Shown here: positions 11,878 through 18,408 of the stretch, piece after piece
How positions within the stretch are numbered: the first letter of the stretch is position 1
Layout of the letters: each line of letters begins with the position of its first letter
Origin: Vitrella brassicaformis CCMP3155
Lineage: Eukaryota; Protista; Chromerida
Direction of reading: 5' to 3'
Length of the DNA stretch: 20,097 nucleotides
Assembly: GCA_001179505.1 (NCBI GenBank)
Contig: CDMY01000789.1
Coordinates: 1 to 20,097, forward strand
The notes under the pieces: model-generated
Told to the model about the DNA's origin: nothing
Database searches by the model: none
The model's input: the letters and a program-made list of their open reading frames with translations, nothing else
Program-made: the position numbers and the translations under genes

Positions 11878-13101
11878 ATGGTTCTCGCCGCCTGCGGACC
11901 TCATGCAGACGATGTGCCTCTGTCGTCCATCGCCATCCCATTCTCCGAGTGTTTCTTCATCAAGCAAGACTACGCAGCAGAGCACCAGAATGCGGCCATG
12001 CAGAGCAGCATCAGGTGCTCGTCCCTCTCCTTCTACGTCGACCTGGGCAATGGCGACTCCACTGAGCCAGGTGAGTGAGGCGATCCGCACAGGGACAGCG
12101 AAGCAGTGAACCAGTGAAGCAAGCAAAGCAGAGTGCACAGACAAGACAGACAGACAGACAGACAGACAATCATTGCTTGGTTGATTCATTCATTCATTCA
12201 TTGTTTCATTGTTTGACTTGGTTGGCTTGTCGATCAGGTGGTGCGTCATCGTGGTGGGCGTGTGCGTCTGAGTCGGAGCAGGGTCCGTCTGGCGGCAGCT
12301 ACGGCAGCTATGGGGAGACCCTGACCGTGTCGACCCTCTCACAGCGGGATCACACCCACAGCCACAGCCACCGCCACCGGCTCCCACACTGCCCTCCCCC
12401 TCCCTACCCCCTTCCCGGTCCTCCCGCACCTCTCCCAGTGCTGCCGTATGTGGCAGAGATGCCCGAGCACCTGCGGCTCCTGGCGTTTCGGTCGGGCGAT
12501 GTCGGCCTGTGTGAGCGCTTCTGCGCACTCTGCGGCATGGCGACGGACATCAGCTATCGACAGACGCTCAAGACGCTCAAACTCCTGCACAGGGTGCGCA
12601 TCGACACACGCACCACACATAAATGTGCACAGATGAGTTGGCGGGGTGGGCATATGTATGTTTGCGTGTGGTGTGTGGTGGTCAGTGCCAGTATCGCACG
12701 AAGGACATCGTTCACGTCATGGCTCTGGCGTCGTGTTACCTGGAGGAGTGCTCCGCGCAGCTGTCTGTGGGCGACCCGTCCGAGCGTGCGTACGAGTGCG
12801 TCCTGCTGATCTACCTGGCGCACTGCTGGCTGCTCGACAGAGCTTGCCCCATCAAAATATGGCACGAACACCTCGTAAGACGGACGCCACGTGCACAGAG
12901 AGACAAGGAGGGAGGCACTCATGGCTCTGTGTGTGTGTGTGTGTATAGACGGTGCGTTCGTACTCCTCCTTGTCGGCGTTCAGAAATGCGATGGTGAGGC
13001 TGTGGCAGCTCCAGAGCTTCCGCCTGTGCTTCGATCGCGAGCCAGTGGTCGCCCGGGCCGAGTTCATCCAGGGCACCGACAGCCACCGCCACTATGACTA
13101 A
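11878..13101 (+). CDS. Unknown protein, paralog B (~296 aa, 4 exons), head-to-head with paralog A; same conserved domain
   Basis: Exons 11878-12070, 12238-12593, 12686-12874, 12949-13101 (891 nt, all GT-AG, phases consistent). Domain: RSGDVGLCERFCALCG..LKTLKLLHRCQY..DIVHVMALAS..LE..QLSVGDPSERAYECVLLIYLAHCWLLDRACPIKIWHEHLTVRSY..FRNAMVRLWQL. A His-Ser/His-Arg and Pro-rich linker precedes it. Confidence 0.85.
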
Positions 13102-13282
13102 TAATCAATCGTACATACCACAGTCGTACTCTACACACACGGACGCTCATACACACATCCACACACATGCATGGCGTGGCCTCTTGCTTGCTTGAGTGGC
13201 GTGGAGCTCCATTCATGTGGGTGAGTGGGTGGATGGATGGATGCATGGGGCGGGTACAGGCCGCATGTGTGTGTACAGTGTC

Positions 13283-13315
<33 letters not shown>

Positions 13316-14275
13316 GATGGCTTGCCGCATCCTATCGAGTCTTAAGCGGCCTGAGTGGGGGCCGTGTTTTGCCCTTTTCGATGGTCACAGAAAGGTCCAC
13401 ATCGCACCCGCACGTAAGGTCGATGAATGCTGGCAAATCTGTGACGCGCACACGTCACTAACATGTATGGGGAGAGGGAGAGAGAGAGAAAGAGAGAGAT
13501 GGTTTCGACAGAGAGATTCACTCGCTCGCTGCTCGAGTGTCCGTGTCCGTGTGTGTGTGTGTGTGTGTGGTGAATTGGGCATCGCCCGTCTGACGTAAGC
13601 TAACGATGGATGGATGGATGGACGGGCGTCAATTCACATGCCCTCCAATATGCACTGACTGGCTGTGTGAATGTATGTATAGAGCAAGACAGATCAACAC
13701 GTACAGACTGCGATCTGCGTGAGTGTAATGGCAATTCGCACCTGTGGGGTTTGTGTCTTCTCTCGCTGACCGACTGACTGCACGGACGAACAGTGAGTGC
13801 ATGAATCTGTATGTATTTTGTGTGTATGTATGGTTGGGATGTCCTCTGTGGCCTTGCATGTGTTGATGGGGAGGGAGGGAGGGAGGGCTGGATCGATGAT
13901 GGCTGGGGCGGGTCAGGCAGCCATGTGTGTGAAGAAGGGATCAGGCAGCGAGCGACGAGAGTGCACGGGAGTGGTCCTCTGAGCGTGCGGTACACACACG
14001 GGAGGGCCGCCACATGCACTCTGCTCGTTGTCCATCCACCCACGCACGCACGAGTGGCGTCTCATCCAATCGATATTCCAACGATTGCACACATCGCATC
14101 GCATCGCATACACTCATGATGACATCGCATACGTACGTGCTGTTTTCGTTGCAGTGGTGCATGTACAGTGTATGGTTGGCCACATGTACAGTCTGAGACG
14201 GATGTGCACATGGACGTCTGTGAATAGCTTCATTGCTCGTGGTGTGCGTGTGCGGAGTCGTTGCGTGAATGAGTG

Positions 14276-14310
14276 AAACCCTATACCCCGAACCCTCAAC
14301 CCAAACCCTG
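14276..14310. repeat. Degenerate telomere-like (AAACCCT) cluster about 50 nt upstream of the MATH gene ATG
   Basis: aaaccct-ataccccg-aaccctc-aaccc-aaaccctg: two exact AAACCCT units plus three degenerate ones. Confidence 0.4.
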
Positions 14311-14358
14311 CACCGAATTCACATCTTCCCCTCATCTCCTCCCAACCCCAGCACAACA

Positions 14359-15181
14359 ATGAATCAATGCGCAACCTTGCGGATCTGCATCATGCTGCTG
14401 GTTTGCATCCTCCCGTCGTCAGCAGCCTTCATTCGGCCATCGCTCCCGCACACACTCATGGAGAGCCGCCTGCGCCAAACACATCAACCCCGTCAACGCC
14501 ATCCACAGCGACTGCGCAGCACCGGCCTGAGGATGCAGACGGCGACCAAGATGGGCTATGCGTGGGACATCAGCAGCATCAAGCAGATCAGCGACAAGTA
14601 CCAGCGGCCAGACTGCATCACCAGCAGGGAGTTCGATATCGGCAAGCAGACCTTCCTGCTCTACTTCTTCCCAAATGGATCAAAATGGTCGACTGATGGT
14701 AAGTGCCGCCACTGACTGAGCCACTGCACACACGCGTGCACCATGCGTCAAGGCATTGTCGTGTCGCTGCTGATGCTGATGCTGATGCAGGCAACTGCGC
14801 TCTTCGGTTGGTGCCTCTCGGTGCCCCTCCTGCATGGAAGTAAGTTGGTTGTGGTGGAGGGATGGATGGATGGATGGTCATGGGTCTGTCTGTCTGTCTG
14901 TTTGGTTGTCAGGTTCAGCCTGTATGTGGGCAGCAAGAAGGTGGGGCCCTTCTCGTTTGACTCCGACGAGTATTGGGAGCAGAGCAACAACATCTGCAAG
15001 TAAGGAACGGGACGGGCAAACCACTGGCCGACCGACCAGCCACACGGAAGGTCTTAATTCATTGATTGATGGGGGTGTGTGTGTGGGTGTGTGTGTGGGG
15101 GTGTGTGTGGTGATCTGTGCCAGGCTGCCCGACGAGAATCTTGATGTGAGTCTGTTTGAGGTGGGGATCGAGGTTGTCTAG
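14359..15181 (+). CDS. Stand-alone MATH/TRAF-domain protein with signal peptide and transit-peptide-like presequence, ~177 aa, 4 exons
   Basis: Exons 14359-14698, 14791-14839, 14913-14999, 15124-15181 (534 nt, phases 1/2/2). Protein: MNQCATLRICIMLLVCILPSSAA|FIRPS...GLRMQTATK-MGYAWDISSIKQISDKYQRPDCITSREFDIGKQTFLLYFFPNGSKWSTDGNCALRLVPLGAPPAWKFSLYVGSKKVGPFSFDSDEYWEQSNNICKLPDENLDVSLFEVGIEVV*. The pattern W.I..., S..F.IG...F.L..FP.G and the terminal .I.V strand match the MATH beta-sandwich consensus by eye. Confidence 0.8.
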
Positions 15182-15574
15182 CTGTCTGTCTGTCTGGCCA
15201 GCCAGAGATGCTGAATGAATGCGAGACGGGCAGGGTCGGCAATTGCTTGCGGATGTTGGCTGGGTCGGTCGATGTACCTAACCTGTACGTAACGTAATCG
15301 ATGTGTCGACCATCACTATATATACCTAACATAAATGTGATGATTCGCATCGCAATCGGTCAGTTTCACTTTCACCCAAACACAACACAACACAAGGGAG
15401 GGTACACAGACAGACAGACAGACAGACAGACAGGTGTGAAGGGCGAAAGGAGAGAACAAAGAGGAGCGAGAGTGTAGTGCGTTGGTGTGTATGGCCCGGC
15501 TCTCGGCGTCGACCCGACCATGTATCGAATAGCTTTCGGTGTGTGAGATGAAGTGACTGACCACAGAGGGAATG

Positions 15575-16398
15575 AAATTGTCGCTTCAAGGACGGATGCG
15601 TCAGTCCATCCCATCGGTCCATCCCATCACCGATCCATCCATCCACACACACAGAGAGAGAAGGTAGCCAAGAACCAGAACGACCCCAATCTATCAACAC
15701 CATCACCAGCAATGGTATACCGTCCCCCACATCCATCCATCCATCCATCTCACAAGCCCAGCAGCGTGTGCGCCTCCTGCTGCCCCAGTGCGTCGCGCAC
15801 CAGCTGCACCGTCATGGGGAACGCGCTCTCCGGGTCGTCCTGCGGCCCCCCCCGGCGCTTCTCGGTCGTGTAGACGGTGGCCGTCATGTGCACGTTCCAC
15901 TCGATCTCGACGAAGGCCATGAATGTGTCACCCGGGAGGTGGCCGGACAGCGCGACGGTGCGCTTGCGGACGGCGCCGGTGTACGTGTCACACAGCAGCC
16001 GAGGAGTGGGGCCCCAGAGGGGCTGGGCGGGCGCCTGTGGGGGACACACACTGTGGGGGACACACACAGACACAGACACGTGTGTGTGTGTGTCTTGTGT
16101 GTACCTGGTTGATGAGTGCGTGGCAGCGGAGGAAGGCCACGGGATTGGCCGGCAAGTGCAGCACGCTCACCGCCGTCTCGGCCTTGGCCTTCTGCTGAAA
16201 ACTGCATCCACAAACACACACACACATCCATCCATCCATCCAGGTGATCACTGTGTGTGGACTGGTGATCTGTGTGCGCGGCGTGCGTCAAGTTGCCGTC
16301 CACCGACCCACCGGTGCACAACGACATCCATGAGACCGCGATGGTCGGTGTTCAACGCTGATCACACAGACAGACAGGCACACACATGTGAGCCGCCT
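15575..16398 (-). repeat. Right arm of the long inverted duplication (partner 1-~817)
   Basis: Reverse complement of the window start, with substitutions and small indels. It has a 16-nt tandem duplication of the 3' splice site (ctgtgggggacacaca at 16035-16050 and 16051-16066) that the left arm lacks. Confidence 0.93.
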
Positions 16399-16735
16399 CT
16401 ACCTCCGCTGGTTCACACCACCTCTCTCTTGAACTTACCGCTGACGGAGGGGTTGGTGCCATCGTATCCTGCAGCGAAGGGGTGGTTGGCGTGCAGGGCC
16501 CCCGGGCCATAGACCGTCAGCACGCTGCTGCCCAGCTTGTCCCACAGCTGGCCGCCCACCAAGATGCGCTTCAACGACAACTCGCGAGTGCAGCCCTCCA
16601 CAAAGATACTATGCATAGGACACACACATGGACAGAGAGTCAAAGGCACAGTGTGCGGCTGACTGGGAAGATGGGTACGTCTGCGCCTACCTGAGGAGTG
16701 ACCAGGCTCGCAGCCTGTGCGGGCGGCTGTCGAAC
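15750..16735 (-). CDS. Unknown protein, C-terminal exons (5' part enters the assembly gap); open-frame counterpart of the pseudogene fragment at 42-634
   Basis: Exons (minus): >16735-16691, 16608-16439, 16357-16312, 16201-16105, 16034-15750. They give one open frame: FDSRPHRLRAWSLLSIFVEGCTRELSLKRILVGGQLWDKLGSSVLTVYGPGALHANHPFAAGYDGTNPSVSALNTDHRGLMDVVVHRFQQKAKAETAVSVLHLPANPVAFLRCHALINQAPAQPLWGPTPRLLCDTYTGAVRKRTVALSGHLPGDTFMAFVEIEWNVHMTATVYTTEKRRGGPQDDPESAFPMTVQLVRDALGQQEAHTLLGL*. No family recognised with confidence. Confidence 0.75.
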
Positions 16736-17035
16736 NNNNNNNNNNNNNNNNNNNNNNNNNNNNNNNNNNNNNNNNNNNNNNNNNNNNNNNNNNNNNNNNN
16801 NNNNNNNNNNNNNNNNNNNNNNNNNNNNNNNNNNNNNNNNNNNNNNNNNNNNNNNNNNNNNNNNNNNNNNNNNNNNNNNNNNNNNNNNNNNNNNNNNNNN
16901 NNNNNNNNNNNNNNNNNNNNNNNNNNNNNNNNNNNNNNNNNNNNNNNNNNNNNNNNNNNNNNNNNNNNNNNNNNNNNNNNNNNNNNNNNNNNNNNNNNNN
17001 NNNNNNNNNNNNNNNNNNNNNNNNNNNNNNNNNNN
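16736..17035. other. Assembly gap (300 N)
   Basis: Run of N from 16736 to 17035. ORFs crossing it in the six-frame track are not meaningful. Confidence 0.99.
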
Positions 17036-17430
17036 AGCTGTCCAGTTGGCCGCAGTTCTCCACCACGTAGTTCAGGTAATAGAGATTCTTCTTCCGCTCA
17101 ACGGCGTAGTCCTCAGTTTCCTTCCTGCGAGTGAAGCGCCGCTCACTGTACTGCATGACGCCAGCGAAGTTGTAGGTGTCGATGTACTGCGTGAAGCGGT
17201 CGACGAGCCATTGTGGCGTCACCAACTCGTCAAACACCCTGGAAATCTGCAGGGCAGACAGACGACAGCCACACGCATGCAGTGAGTGCAGCCACTGCGC
17301 CCTCCGCTGCCTCCCTGTCAGTCGTCGCGTCGCATGCGGTGCCTACCTGCGTCATCATGCCGACTTCAAAAATGCCGAGAAATGGGAACAACGTCGCGTC
17401 CACCTCTTCAATTGGATGCTTCTCCGCCAT
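17036..17430 (-). CDS. Probable first two exons of the unknown minus-strand gene (copy A, runs into the gap)
   Basis: Exon 17430-17347 (MAEKHPIEEVDATLFPFLGIFEVGMMTQ, ATG in the context catcATGG), GT-AG phase-0 intron, then exon 17246-<17036 (ISRVFDELVTPQWLVDRFTQYIDTYNFAGVMQYSERRFTRRKETEDYAVERKKNLYYLNYVVENCGQLDS...). Linkage to the 16735-15750 exons across the gap is inferred. Confidence 0.6.
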
Positions 17431-17677
17431 GATGCCGACAACCGGGTGAGCAACGGGAGACAACAACACGATAACACCAACTTTTAACTTGCCAAGTTAT
17501 ATGAGGCGGAAAACGATATGCATGCAAGACTAAATTGGCCGAAGTCTCAGCCCCCATTTCCAGTGTCCTTCTTTGCTCAAAGCCTTGAGAAAATCAGTTC
17601 TCTTTTCGTCAGCAAGAAGCCGTCACTATCACTTCGCACCCCTGTTCCCATGTCTGTCCGTGTTTGTGTGTGCCTAC

Positions 17678-18074
17678 CTAGCTGTCCAGTTGGCCGCAGT
17701 TCTCCACCACGTAGTTCAGGTGATAGAGATTCTTCTTCCGCTCAACGGCGTAGTCCTCAGTTTCCTTCCTGCGAGTGAAGCGCCGCTCACTGTACTGCAT
17801 GACGCCAGCGAAGTTGTAGGTGTCGATGTACTGCGTGAAGCGGTCGACGAGCCATTGTGGCGTCACCAACTCGTCAAACACCCTGGAAATCTGCAGGGCA
17901 GACAGACGACAGCCACAGGCATGCAGTGAGTGCAGCCACTGCGCCCTCCGCTGCCTCCCTGTCAGTCGTCGCGTCGCATGCGGTGCCTACCTGCGTCATC
18001 ATGCCGACTTCAAAAATGCCGAGAAATGGGAACAACGTCGCGTCCACCTCTTCAATTGGATGCTTCTCCGCCAT
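17678..18074 (-). CDS. Duplicate of the two 5' exons (copy B); exon 2 ends in an in-frame TAG immediately before a GT donor
   Basis: Exons 18074-17991 and 17890-17678. Peptide is identical to copy A except Y->H (LYHLNY). The exon ends ...ctg gac agc TAG|gtaggcacacac. The other two frames of this exon contain internal stops. Confidence 0.55.
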
Positions 18075-18162
18075 GATGCCGACAACCGGGTGAGCAACGG
18101 GAGACAACAACACGATAACACCAACTTTTAACTTGCCAAGTTATATGAGGCGGAAAACGATT

Positions 18163-18170
18163 TGCATGCA
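18163..18170. promoter_or_regulatory. TGCATGCA palindrome (known ApiAP2-binding motif in apicomplexans) in the divergent promoter between the unknown gene and the ankyrin gene
   Basis: Exact TGCATGCA about 90 nt upstream of ATG 18074, also present in the duplicate at 17519-17526. Function is inferred from motif identity only, and GCATGC-type words are common in this window. Confidence 0.3.
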
Positions 18171-18408
18171 AGACTAAATTGGCCGAAGTCTCAGCCCCCA
18201 TTTCCAGTGTCCTTCTTTGCTCAAAGCCTTGAGAAAATCAGTTCTCTTTTCGTCAGCAAGAAGCCGTCACTATCACTTCGCACGCCGTCCCGTGAGTCAG
18301 ACGCTGCTCGTCCGCTGCAGTGCGGTGCGGTGTGCATTCTCGAGGGCCCTTCAACGTTGCAACACGTTGCTATTCGGCGGGACAGCAGCTCAACCGGTCG
18401 CTGACAGG

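Larger units (their letters stand above)
17036..18283. repeat. Near-identical tandem duplication: 17036-17639 and 17680-18283 (604 bp, period 644)
   Basis: Three differences spotted by eye: 17078a/17722g, 17274c/17918g, 17518a/18162t. A 40-nt intron-like spacer (17640-17679) separates the copies. The duplication lies directly beside the N gap. Confidence 0.95.

Noticed and set aside
7593-14358. tRNA, snRNA, rRNA or CRISPR-like arrays in the intergenic regions
   Set aside because: No cloverleaf, A/B boxes, Sm site context or repeat-spacer periodicity was seen; the repeats are simple microsatellites. A covariance-model search (Infernal/Rfam) would be needed to exclude small RNAs fully.
1-16398. 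Inverted arms as terminal inverted repeats of a large DNA transposon (Polinton/MULE-like)
   Set aside because: The arms consist of spliced gene exons and introns. No transposase, integrase or polymerase lies inside, the cargo is housekeeping genes, and the outer ends and target-site duplication cannot be seen.
17036-17100. LYYLNYVVENCG resembling VHS/CID-domain 'L.LLD..VKNCG'
   Set aside because: A single short motif with no support from the flanking sequence; too weak to name.
16413-17285. Long ORFs crossing 16736-17035
   Set aside because: They are open only because of Ns. The frame used on the 16735 side differs from the frame required by the splice phases.
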